Below, piece by piece: positions 37,112-45,382 of a stretch of DNA of 49,739 bases; the first letter of the stretch is position 1, and the number at the start of each line of letters is the position of its first letter. The stretch is taken from NCBI GenBank assembly GCA_018399715.1, contig JAGYNR010000004.1:1-49739 (forward strand), written 5' to 3'. This DNA is from Desulfobacterales bacterium (lineage in GTDB: Bacteria > Desulfobacterota > Desulfobacteria > Desulfobacterales > SKZT01). Both the position numbers and the translations under genes were made by a program. The notes beneath the pieces were generated by a model. It did not search any database. It was given only the letters and a program-made list of their open reading frames with translations, and was not told where the DNA came from.

Positions 37112-38329
37112 ATGGGCAGTTTTGCGGACGAAATGATACGGCTGAAGTCGGAAATCGATAACCTTTCCGAGAGTCGAATGTCATTTATCAATGATTTGAA
37201 ACAAAACGTCGCCGATAAAAAATTGGACACAGTTAAAATGATGGCTGATTTTCGGAAAGAATATGAAGAAATGGCGAACAACGATAGAAAATCACGCGAT
37301 GACTTTTTGAATCATCTGAACACGTATGTAGCCGATATGCGGGATAATTTCAAAAAAGAACGAGCCAATAGTTCCAGGCGGATGCATGAGGAACTGAATC
37401 AATTTATGACGAATATAAGGAGTTTTGTAACCGATCTTGCTCAGGATGTGGCGCGAATGCAGGAAGGTTTTTGTCAGGAAAGGGGTAACATGGCCGGGGA
37501 GCTCCGTGCGGAACTGAAAGAAGCTATTAATGGCATCAACGCTACGGTGTCGGAATTGAAAAACAAGACGACGGAAATGCAACAAAACTTTCGGAAAACT
37601 TTTGCTGAAACATCCGGAGCAGACCGCAAGGCTAGAACGGACTTTATTTCGGGGTTGAAGTCTGAGGTGGACTCATTGCAAAAATCTTTCTGCAACGCCC
37701 GTTTTGAAACGGCAACAAAAATGAAAGCGGATTTCGCGGAAACCATGAGAGGCTTGAAGGAATTCATGGGAGAATTAAGTGGTTCCGTTGCTCAGATGCA
37801 AGCGGATTTTCTGGATTCAAGACTGGAAACCGCCAGGAAAGGCATTGCGGAAAGGCAGGAATTCATATCGGATTTGGTTCGATCGGTAATGGATATTCGG
37901 AATAAGACCGAGCAGTTTCGAAAGAAATTCGCCGATGATTTGGCCCAGGGTCGTGCGGTATGGTCGTCGGACTCGGCACAGGAGGTTCCAATCGTCTCTG
38001 AAGAAGTAGCAGTTGAAAGTGAGGAAAGTGAGGAAAGTGAGGAAACAGTCGAAACAACAGTCGAAGAAAGCGAGAACGTCAAACCAACGGAGATGATAAA
38101 AACAGATCAAGCACCTGAAGAACAAAAGGAAGAAGATATAGGAAAGGATGATTTGACTTATATTGATGGGATCGGTTCCGGAAGACATAAGCAACTGAAC
38201 GCGGCTGGAATTTATACGTTCAAACAATTGGCTGAAAGCACCGATGACGAAATTCGGGCAGCTCTGGGAGAATCTTCGAGGCATGTTGATGTTGATAAAT
38301 GGATTCAACGCGCGAAAGAATTTGTCTAG
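37112..38329 (+). CDS. gvpC: GvpC-like helical repeat protein with acidic linker and C-terminal helix-hairpin-helix domain
   Basis: Between gvpA and gvpN; repeating F..L...V..M...F...R helices; DDLTYIDGIG HhH motif. Confidence 0.7.
   Translation: MGSFADEMIRLKSEIDNLSESRMSFINDLKQNVADKKLDTVKMMADFRKEYEEMANNDRKSRDDFLNHLNTYVADMRDNFKKERANSSRRMHEELNQFMTNIRSFVTDLAQDVARMQEGFCQERGNMAGELRAELKEAINGINATVSELKNKTTEMQQNFRKTFAETSGADRKARTDFISGLKSEVDSLQKSFCNARFETATKMKADFAETMRGLKEFMGELSGSVAQMQADFLDSRLETARKGIAERQEFISDLVRSVMDIRNKTEQFRKKFADDLAQGRAVWSSDSAQEVPIVSEEVAVESEESEESEETVETTVEESENVKPTEMIKTDQAPEEQKEEDIGKDDLTYIDGIGSGRHKQLNAAGIYTFKQLAESTDDEIRAALGESSRHVDVDKWIQRAKEFV
38015..38041 (+). repeat. In-frame 9-bp tandem repeat (GAAAGTGAG)x3
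   Basis: Encodes ESE x3 in the acidic linker. Confidence 0.85.
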
Positions 38330-38380
38330 AAAAACGTCATCATCGGATGTCATTTTAGCGCTGTTGGAAAGGAAAAAAAT

Positions 38381-39331
38381 ATGACCAATAATGTTGCCTT
38401 TTTAAAGGAAACCATGATCAGGGCTCCGGTGCCTCAAAATGACGCTGTAGCACCGGAACCCGGCGATGGATTCGTTAACACACCATATGTTCAGGACATT
38501 ACCGAGCGAGCTTTGGCATATCTTCAGGTAGGATACCCGGTTCATTTTGCCGGCCCCGCAGGGACCGGCAAAACTACGCTGGCTTTTCATGTAGCGGCCC
38601 AGCTGAAACGAAGTGTCATGTTGATCCACGGAGATGACGAGTTCGGAAGTTCTGACCTCGTCGGAAAGGATTCAGGATACCGTAAGTCGAGGGTTATCGA
38701 TAACTATATCCACTCGGTAGTAAAGACCGAGGAACAAATGAATACTGTATGGGCGGACAATCGGCTGACGGTTGCCTGCCAAAAAGGGTTTACCCTCATA
38801 TACGACGAGTTTACCAGATCCCGGCCGGAGGCGAATAACGCCTTTTTGAGCGTGCTTGAAGAAAAGATTTTAAATCTTCCCAGACTGAGGAATTTTGGGC
38901 AGGGATACCTTCAGGTCCATCCGGATTTCCGTGCTATCTTTACAAGCAATCCGGAAGAGTACGCCGGGACCCATAAAACCCAGGACGCCATTATGGACCG
39001 CTTAATCACGATTACGCTCAATCACTTCGACTTCGACACCGAAGTGCAGGTAACCATGGCTAAATCGGGGTTGGGAAAACAGGACGCCGAGGTAGTCGTA
39101 ACAATTGTGAGGAAAATGCGGAGTATCGGCGTCAACAACCATCGTCCTACCATCAGGGCATGTATAGCCATTGGAAAAATTCTATCGTACATGGGAGGCC
39201 CCGCTTCAAAAGACAATCCGAATTTTCGGAAAATTTGTCGGGATGTTCTCAATGTGGATACGGCCAAGGTTACTCGCGCCGGAGAACCTTTAATTCAGCG
39301 AAAAATCGATGCTACCATCGATGATCTATAA
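38381..39331 (+). CDS. gvpN: Gas vesicle AAA+ ATPase
   Basis: GPAGTGKT, IDNYIHSV, YDEFTRSRPEANN, TSNPEEYAG. Confidence 0.96.
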   Translation: MTNNVAFLKETMIRAPVPQNDAVAPEPGDGFVNTPYVQDITERALAYLQVGYPVHFAGPAGTGKTTLAFHVAAQLKRSVMLIHGDDEFGSSDLVGKDSGYRKSRVIDNYIHSVVKTEEQMNTVWADNRLTVACQKGFTLIYDEFTRSRPEANNAFLSVLEEKILNLPRLRNFGQGYLQVHPDFRAIFTSNPEEYAGTHKTQDAIMDRLITITLNHFDFDTEVQVTMAKSGLGKQDAEVVVTIVRKMRSIGVNNHRPTIRACIAIGKILSYMGGPASKDNPNFRKICRDVLNVDTAKVTRAGEPLIQRKIDATIDDL

Positions 39332-39376
39332 ACGCTTTTTTTATCGTACCGGTCTCGCGAAAGGAAACAAAAAGCC

Positions 39377-39697
39377 ATGAACAATACCAACAGAAAGCCC
39401 ATCAGAGGATTACAGGACATCAGAACCAATTCGGGTAAGATAGATCATCTTTCTCATCCGCATATGGCGTATATGAGAATAAGCTGCCTGGAAATGGAAA
39501 AAGCGAGAAAAATCAAGGAAAAGGATAGCGCACTTCGCAGGATCGCAATAATAGATGATCGTATCCGGGAAATAGAAGAGGAAAAGAGAGACATTCAAAG
39601 GGTTATGGCAGAGCAGGAAGCCACTCAAAAACAACCATGTGGCTGCCAAAACAACCGGGCTCCTTGCGAAAATGATATTTTCAAAATTCGATACTGA
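39377..39697 (+). CDS. Small coiled-coil gas vesicle protein, GvpV-like
   Basis: After gvpN; YMRISCLEMEKAR coiled coil; assignment mostly positional. Confidence 0.6.
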   Translation: MNNTNRKPIRGLQDIRTNSGKIDHLSHPHMAYMRISCLEMEKARKIKEKDSALRRIAIIDDRIREIEEEKRDIQRVMAEQEATQKQPCGCQNNRAPCENDIFKIRY

Positions 39698-39765
39698 CGC
39701 AATGCGGAAGATCCTGTCTGTAAAAAAGGTATTTCATTATTAATAAGAAAGGTTATATTGTAGCT

Positions 39766-40524
39766 ATGACAAAAGAACCCTCGCACAATACCGGCCGGTA
39801 TCTATACGCTGTTGTCGACAGGACGGATAATCTTGACTATGGTCCTATCGGAATCGAGGAATCTGCTGTATATACAATTTCCGACGGGATCATATCCGCT
39901 GTTGTCAGCAATATTTCGAACAAAAAACTACGACCGCAACGAAAAAACCTGGCGGCTCATCAAAATGTCCTTAAAAAAATTATGGAACATACCACTCCCC
40001 TTCCGATGGCATTCGGGATCATTGCAAACGGAGAAAAAGCCATCAGGAAAATTCTCACGGACAATAAAGAGATTTTCACCGAAAAGTTAAATCTTACGGC
40101 AGGGAAAGTGGAGATGGGAATGAGGGTTTCGTATGATGTTCCCAACATTTTCGAATATTTTATATCAATATATCCGGACCTCAGGGCAGCTAGAGACCGG
40201 TTTTTCGGAGGATACCGTGAACCCAGCCAAGAGGCTAAACTGGAATTGGGACGTATGTTTGACAGGTTGTTGAACGAAGACAGGGAAAAACACGTCAGCA
40301 AAGTCGAACATGTACTGACCTCATATTGTCATGAAATCTTAAGAGGCCGGTTCAGAAACGAGCAGGAAGTGATGAACCTTGCCTGTCTTATCGGAAGAAA
40401 TGAGCAGGAACATTTTGAAGAGGGCGTTTTCAAGGCAGCGGGATTGTTCAACAATAATTTTTCGTTCGAGTACAACGGTCCGTGGGCGCCTCATAATTTT
40501 GTGAATATTAATCTAAAACTCTGA
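39766..40524 (+). CDS. gvpF: Gas vesicle protein GvpF/GvpL family
   Basis: YLYAV, AHQNVL, LPMAFG, GPWAPHNFV. Confidence 0.92.
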   Translation: MTKEPSHNTGRYLYAVVDRTDNLDYGPIGIEESAVYTISDGIISAVVSNISNKKLRPQRKNLAAHQNVLKKIMEHTTPLPMAFGIIANGEKAIRKILTDNKEIFTEKLNLTAGKVEMGMRVSYDVPNIFEYFISIYPDLRAARDRFFGGYREPSQEAKLELGRMFDRLLNEDREKHVSKVEHVLTSYCHEILRGRFRNEQEVMNLACLIGRNEQEHFEEGVFKAAGLFNNNFSFEYNGPWAPHNFVNINLKL

Positions 40525-40544
40525 TTTTAAGGCTATGAATTGAA

Positions 40545-40775
40545 ATGTTGCTTGTAGACGACGTTTTATTTTCGCCCATAAAAAGCATTTTCTGGATATT
40601 TCGGGAGATTCACAACGCTGCTCATCAGGAAAAGGCCAACGAAGCCGAATCTTTGACTGCGGAGTTGAGCGAGCTTTACATGATGCTCGAAACGGGAAGA
40701 ATAACAGAGGAACAATTCGACGAAAGAGAAGGGCAAATCCTGGACAGGCTGGATGAAATCCAGAGCAAAGAATAA
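40545..40775 (+). CDS. gvpG: Gas vesicle protein GvpG
   Basis: P......WI..I, LETGRITEEQFDERE..LDRL. Confidence 0.92.
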   Translation: MLLVDDVLFSPIKSIFWIFREIHNAAHQEKANEAESLTAELSELYMMLETGRITEEQFDEREGQILDRLDEIQSKE

Positions 40776-40812
40776 ACCAAACCTGCATATAATCATCATA
40801 ACGCAATAATCG

Positions 40813-42756
40813 ATGGCTTCGGTAAGGAAAAAAATGAATCCAAAATCTTTATTCAACGGAAAAAATTTTCAACTGATTTTTTTCGGCGGTAAAGGCGGTG
40901 TTGGAAAAACGTCTTGCGCTGTTGCATATAGCCTGACACTAGCATCCAGTAGACCCGGTTCTGAATTTTTACTGGTTTCCACAGATCCTGCTCATTCCAT
41001 TGACGACAGCCTCGATAGTTTTCAACCTCCCCCCAATCTGACGATTCGATGTATAGAAGCTACCGAATGCCTGGAAAAATTCAAAAACAAAAATCAAGGA
41101 AATCTGAAAGAAATCGCTCTGAGAGGAACTTTTTTCGACGAGATCGATATTGAGAACATCTTGGATCTCTCTTTTCCGGGTCTTGACGAACTGATGGGAT
41201 TTTTAGAGATTGCAGAATCGGCAGCTTCGGAAAAATATGAATCCATCATTGTCGATACTGCACCCACCGGCCATACGCTTCGTCTTTTGGAAATGCCGAA
41301 GCTGGTAGGAACATGGCTTGATGCCATAGATGCTCTTCTCGCCAAATATCGATACATGAAAAAGCTTTACAGGGGAACTTATCAAAAGGAAAATATTGAT
41401 GCTTTCCTGTTAAATCTTTCCGAATCCGTAAAACAAATGGAAGCCTTGTTCACGAGCAAGAAAAAATGCCGGTTTGTTCCGGTACTAATCCCTGAACCGT
41501 TGATCCTTTTCGAAACCGAAAATTTGATCAGCAGTTTGCGCTTGGCGCGATTTCCTGTATCTGATATTATTATAAACCGAATTTGCCCGCCAACCAACTG
41601 TCCCGTTTGTTCAGATATGCGCCGAAGACAGTTGGTCTGTCTTTCCGATTTTTCAAAAATGCTTTCGGGTTATCGATTATGGGGAGTTCCTCTGTATGCT
41701 GAAGAAGTCGGAGGCAATTTGTTGACCGATATCTTCTGGCAAAGTGCCAATGAAGTTGATATCGAACAAGAAATTGACGTTGACCGGCCTGGAAAATCCC
41801 TATTCAACGCAACCGTCGAAAATCCTGCGCCTTTTCCTGACAAGAATTTAAAGTTTATCATTTTTGCCGGGAAAGGGGGTGTCGGCAAAACCACATTGGC
41901 GTGTTCAACGGCCTGCGGCCTGGCCCAAAAGTACAAAGACAGGGAAATATTTTTGTTTTCTACGGATCCGGCGCACTCACTTTCCAGGTGTTTGAAAAAA
42001 ACGATCGGATCAAGTCCTGTAAGAATTTCACCAAGACTTACCGCAATGGAAATCAACGCTCCGGAAAGTTACAGGGAATTGAAACAAACGTATGCCGATG
42101 AATTGGAAAAATTTTTGCAGCGGTTCTCTGCCAACATGAATTTAACCTTTGACCAGGAGGCAATGAAACATCTGATGGACTTAGCACCACCGGGGATAGA
42201 CGAGGTGATGGCACTGAATCTGGCCATGGAGTATATGGCCGGAGGACAATACGACTTGTTCGTTTTGGACTCCGCTCCAACAGGACACTTGCTTCGGCTG
42301 CTTGAAACACCGGAACTCATGGACAGATGGCTGAAAACCATTTTCGGTATCTTTTTGAAATATAAAAACATATTTCGCCTGCCCGGTCTGTCGCAAAAAC
42401 TGGTGGGAATTTCCAAGCACCTAAAAATATTGCGAAAAACATTATCCGATAAAAGAAGGTCGGCTATTTTCGCTGTTTCTATCCTGACACGCATGGCGTT
42501 GGAGGAAACCGTTGATCTGGTATCCTCCTGTAATTCGATCGGTGTCAATACACCGGTCCTTTTCCTGAACATGGCCATTCCAAACAGTTCCTGTCAATTA
42601 TGCGCCTCTATTTACAACAGAGAACAATCGGTCCGAAAAAAATTCAAGGCATTCTTTCCGAAACAATTTCAAACTATTATCTATCGTCATCCAGACCCCA
42701 CCGGCATTGAGGAACTTGAAAACCTGGCATCATTAATCTACAAAGGGTTGGGATAA
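40813..42756 (+). CDS. Tandem ArsA/Get3(TRC40)-family P-loop ATPase
   Basis: Two halves each with GKGGVGKT, STDPAHS, D(T/S)APTGH and CxxC (CPVC, CQLC). Confidence 0.92.
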   Translation: MASVRKKMNPKSLFNGKNFQLIFFGGKGGVGKTSCAVAYSLTLASSRPGSEFLLVSTDPAHSIDDSLDSFQPPPNLTIRCIEATECLEKFKNKNQGNLKEIALRGTFFDEIDIENILDLSFPGLDELMGFLEIAESAASEKYESIIVDTAPTGHTLRLLEMPKLVGTWLDAIDALLAKYRYMKKLYRGTYQKENIDAFLLNLSESVKQMEALFTSKKKCRFVPVLIPEPLILFETENLISSLRLARFPVSDIIINRICPPTNCPVCSDMRRRQLVCLSDFSKMLSGYRLWGVPLYAEEVGGNLLTDIFWQSANEVDIEQEIDVDRPGKSLFNATVENPAPFPDKNLKFIIFAGKGGVGKTTLACSTACGLAQKYKDREIFLFSTDPAHSLSRCLKKTIGSSPVRISPRLTAMEINAPESYRELKQTYADELEKFLQRFSANMNLTFDQEAMKHLMDLAPPGIDEVMALNLAMEYMAGGQYDLFVLDSAPTGHLLRLLETPELMDRWLKTIFGIFLKYKNIFRLPGLSQKLVGISKHLKILRKTLSDKRRSAIFAVSILTRMALEETVDLVSSCNSIGVNTPVLFLNMAIPNSSCQLCASIYNREQSVRKKFKAFFPKQFQTIIYRHPDPTGIEELENLASLIYKGLG

Positions 42757-42786
42757 AAACATCATAAGATGTAATGAATTAAACCA

Positions 42787-43020
42787 ATGTCTGAAATAAT
42801 CATAGGAGAAAAAAACCAACAGGTTTCGCTTTGTGAAGCTTTGGACAGGGTCTTAAACAAGGGTGCGGTCATCGTTGGAGAGGTAACCATTTCCGTAGCG
42901 GATATTGATCTTGTCTACCTGGGGCTTCAGGCGGTATTGACATCGGTCGAAACTGCAAAAAAAATGACGCAAACGCAACTAGAGGATCATTTGAGGGAAC
43001 CGCAAAATGAACATGACTGA
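42787..43020 (+). CDS. GvpA/J-family minor gas vesicle protein (GvpS/GvpA2-like)
   Basis: LDRVLNKGAVI.G...ISVADIDL. Confidence 0.88.
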   Translation: MSEIIIGEKNQQVSLCEALDRVLNKGAVIVGEVTISVADIDLVYLGLQAVLTSVETAKKMTQTQLEDHLREPQNEHD

Positions 43021-43369
43021 AAAAATACAGGTCGAGTCCCAAACCGCGAAAGATTTCGTAAGGCTGATGACCAATAATCATCTCTCCCGCAGCCCAAAAA
43101 ATTCGGCGGAGCATTTGAACATAAACGAGGAAAACGTCAAAAACGGACTTGCGCAGCTTGTCTTAACCTTGATTAAGCTTCTTCATGAACTACTTGAAAA
43201 ACAGGCGATCCGACGTATTGATTCTGAATCTTTGACCGATGAACAAATCGAGCGTCTCGGATTGACCCTTATGAAACAGTCCGAGGAAATCGAAAGGCTA
43301 CGCCTGGCGTTCAATATTGAAGAAAATGATTTGAACCTCAATTTGGGCCCTTTAGGAAAGCTTCTTTAA
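43007..43369 (+). CDS. gvpK: Gas vesicle protein GvpK
   Basis: GLAQLVLTL..LLEKQAIRR..ERLG..DLNLNLGPLG. Confidence 0.95.
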   Translation: MNMTEKIQVESQTAKDFVRLMTNNHLSRSPKNSAEHLNINEENVKNGLAQLVLTLIKLLHELLEKQAIRRIDSESLTDEQIERLGLTLMKQSEEIERLRLAFNIEENDLNLNLGPLGKLL

Positions 43370-43384
43370 AAAGGAAAAAACACC

Positions 43385-43678
43385 ATGTCCATTCAACGCT
43401 CAGCTCAGCATTCTGTAGAAAGCACCAACATCGCAGACCTTTTGGAACGGATCTTAGACAAAGGAATTGTCATTGCTGGTGATATCAAAATCAGCCTGGT
43501 GGATATTGAACTGTTATCGATACAGTTAAGACTTGTGGTTTGCTCCGTGGAAAAGGCCAAGGAAATGGGGATGGACTGGTGGGTGAACAATCCGGTTTTC
43601 ACCCATAACAACGATCCAGTCGTTAAGGCACTGTCTAAAATCGAAAACCGACTAGAAAAACTGGAAGCCTCCGGATAG
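43385..43678 (+). CDS. gvpJ: Gas vesicle protein GvpJ family
   Basis: [18 protein letters not shown]...SVEKAKEMGMDWW. Confidence 0.9.
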   Translation: MSIQRSAQHSVESTNIADLLERILDKGIVIAGDIKISLVDIELLSIQLRLVVCSVEKAKEMGMDWWVNNPVFTHNNDPVVKALSKIENRLEKLEASG

Positions 43679-43792
43679 GACAATGTACGTAGAAATTTGC
43701 AAATGGCAAAGTCTCTACAACGCGGCCTGTTCTTCTGTGCTCCATTTGTAAACAGCGATTCTAATACATTGTTTTAAAAAAAGGATATAATT

Positions 43793-44224
43793 ATGAAAAA
43801 TATTCTGATTATTGATGATCAAAAAGAAGTGCTGAATTTGCTCCGATTAGCTTTAAGCACCTATGGATTTCTTGTTGAAATAGCACAGGGTAGCCTTGAA
43901 GGTGTTAAAAAATTTGATTGCGGGAATTTTGATATGGTGATAACAGCCATTAATATGTCGAAACACAGTGGAAATGAAGTTTGTGAATATGTGAGAAAGT
44001 CGAACACCCCCAATATCAAGGTGATCGGAATGTCGGAAGATTTACCGGCATTATCAGACAATCAGTTTGATAAAATTATTCAAAGGCCCTTTCCATTAAA
44101 GAAATTTCTTGAACAGGTTCAGGACATTTTTCGGGAAAATGATAAACGAAAGGGTATCAAAATTAAACCCCATAAAACTAGTTTGGTATCCACCGTTTAC
44201 ATCAGTGCCTCTTCAATTTTATAA
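43793..44224 (+). CDS. Atypical (pseudo-)receiver domain protein
   Basis: IIDD intact but VITAINM (acceptor Asp to Ala) and QRPF (Lys to Arg). Confidence 0.75.
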   Translation: MKNILIIDDQKEVLNLLRLALSTYGFLVEIAQGSLEGVKKFDCGNFDMVITAINMSKHSGNEVCEYVRKSNTPNIKVIGMSEDLPALSDNQFDKIIQRPFPLKKFLEQVQDIFRENDKRKGIKIKPHKTSLVSTVYISASSIL

Positions 44225-44265
44225 CTGTATTGAAATATGAGTTTGGAGGAAAAAATAAATACAAT

Positions 44266-45279
44266 ATGGATACAATTCAAAAGGATTCTCACCGAATAAT
44301 GGTTGTAGACGATGAAATGATGGTCCGGGAATTAATCTCTCAATGGATAGATGAGTGGGGATATGATTGCTTTGTTGCTTCTAGCGGCGTTGAGGCGCTC
44401 CGCATGATAAGTGAAAACTCTATTGATGTGGTTCTTGCAGATATTATGATGCCCGACATGAGCGGCATTGAACTAACCCAAAAAATAAAAGATCAATATG
44501 ATGCTGATGTTATTATTATGACAGCTTTTACCCAAGATTATGATTATGGAATTGCTATCAGAGAAGGTGCAAGCGATTTTATAGAAAAGCCGATTTCGAT
44601 GTCGGAATTGAATTTGAGACTTTGTCGGGTGTTAAGGGAGCGAAGAGAGTGTGTTGAAAGAAAAGAATTTTTTGAAAAGAATAGACAAAACGTCAAACAA
44701 CTTTACAAAACCATTTATGGCGTTATTCGTGCAATGACAACAATTGTCGAAATACGTGATACTTATGCGGTGGGGCATCAAAAAAGAGTTGCAGATCTTG
44801 CAAGAACGATTGCAATACATTTAAAATTACCGAAAAATGAAATTAATGGGGTATACTTAGCTGCGCTTATACATGATATCGGAAAAATATCAATTCCTTT
44901 TGAAATATTGTCGAAGCCCCGAAAGTTAACCAAAATAGAATACGAATTTTTTAAGATGCATCCCAAAACTGCCTATAGAATTTTGAGAGATATAGATTTT
45001 CCGTGGCCCATTGCTGATATTATTCTTCAACATCATGAGCGTCTGGATGGATCTGGTTATCCTTATGGATTGAAAGGTGATGAAATCATGACGGAGGCTA
45101 AAATCCTGGGAGTAGCCGATGTGATTGAAGCAATGGTTACACCTCGGATTTATCGGTCTTCTTACTTAAGCATCGAAGATGCACTTAATGAAATTCAGAA
45201 TCAAAAGGGAATACTCTATGATTCGGATGTCGTAGATGCTTGTGAATACATTTTGACGGAAAATGTATGGCATTTCTAA
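44266..45279 (+). CDS. Response regulator with HD-GYP phosphodiesterase domain
   Basis: Receiver (ADIMMP), HDIGK, HHERLDGSGYP. Confidence 0.92.
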   Translation: MDTIQKDSHRIMVVDDEMMVRELISQWIDEWGYDCFVASSGVEALRMISENSIDVVLADIMMPDMSGIELTQKIKDQYDADVIIMTAFTQDYDYGIAIREGASDFIEKPISMSELNLRLCRVLRERRECVERKEFFEKNRQNVKQLYKTIYGVIRAMTTIVEIRDTYAVGHQKRVADLARTIAIHLKLPKNEINGVYLAALIHDIGKISIPFEILSKPRKLTKIEYEFFKMHPKTAYRILRDIDFPWPIADIILQHHERLDGSGYPYGLKGDEIMTEAKILGVADVIEAMVTPRIYRSSYLSIEDALNEIQNQKGILYDSDVVDACEYILTENVWHF

Positions 45280-45382
45280 GTGCCCTGACCGCTATCAGGG
45301 TCATTACTTTACGCATCAATCCAATTTTCGATGAAGAAAAGGTTTTGGCTGCGAAAGACCTTATGGAACAGGAGATGCGGTA

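Noticed and set aside
40813-42756. Arsenic resistance locus
   Set aside because: No arsB/acr3/arsC/arsR/arsD nearby; gene is embedded in the gvp operon
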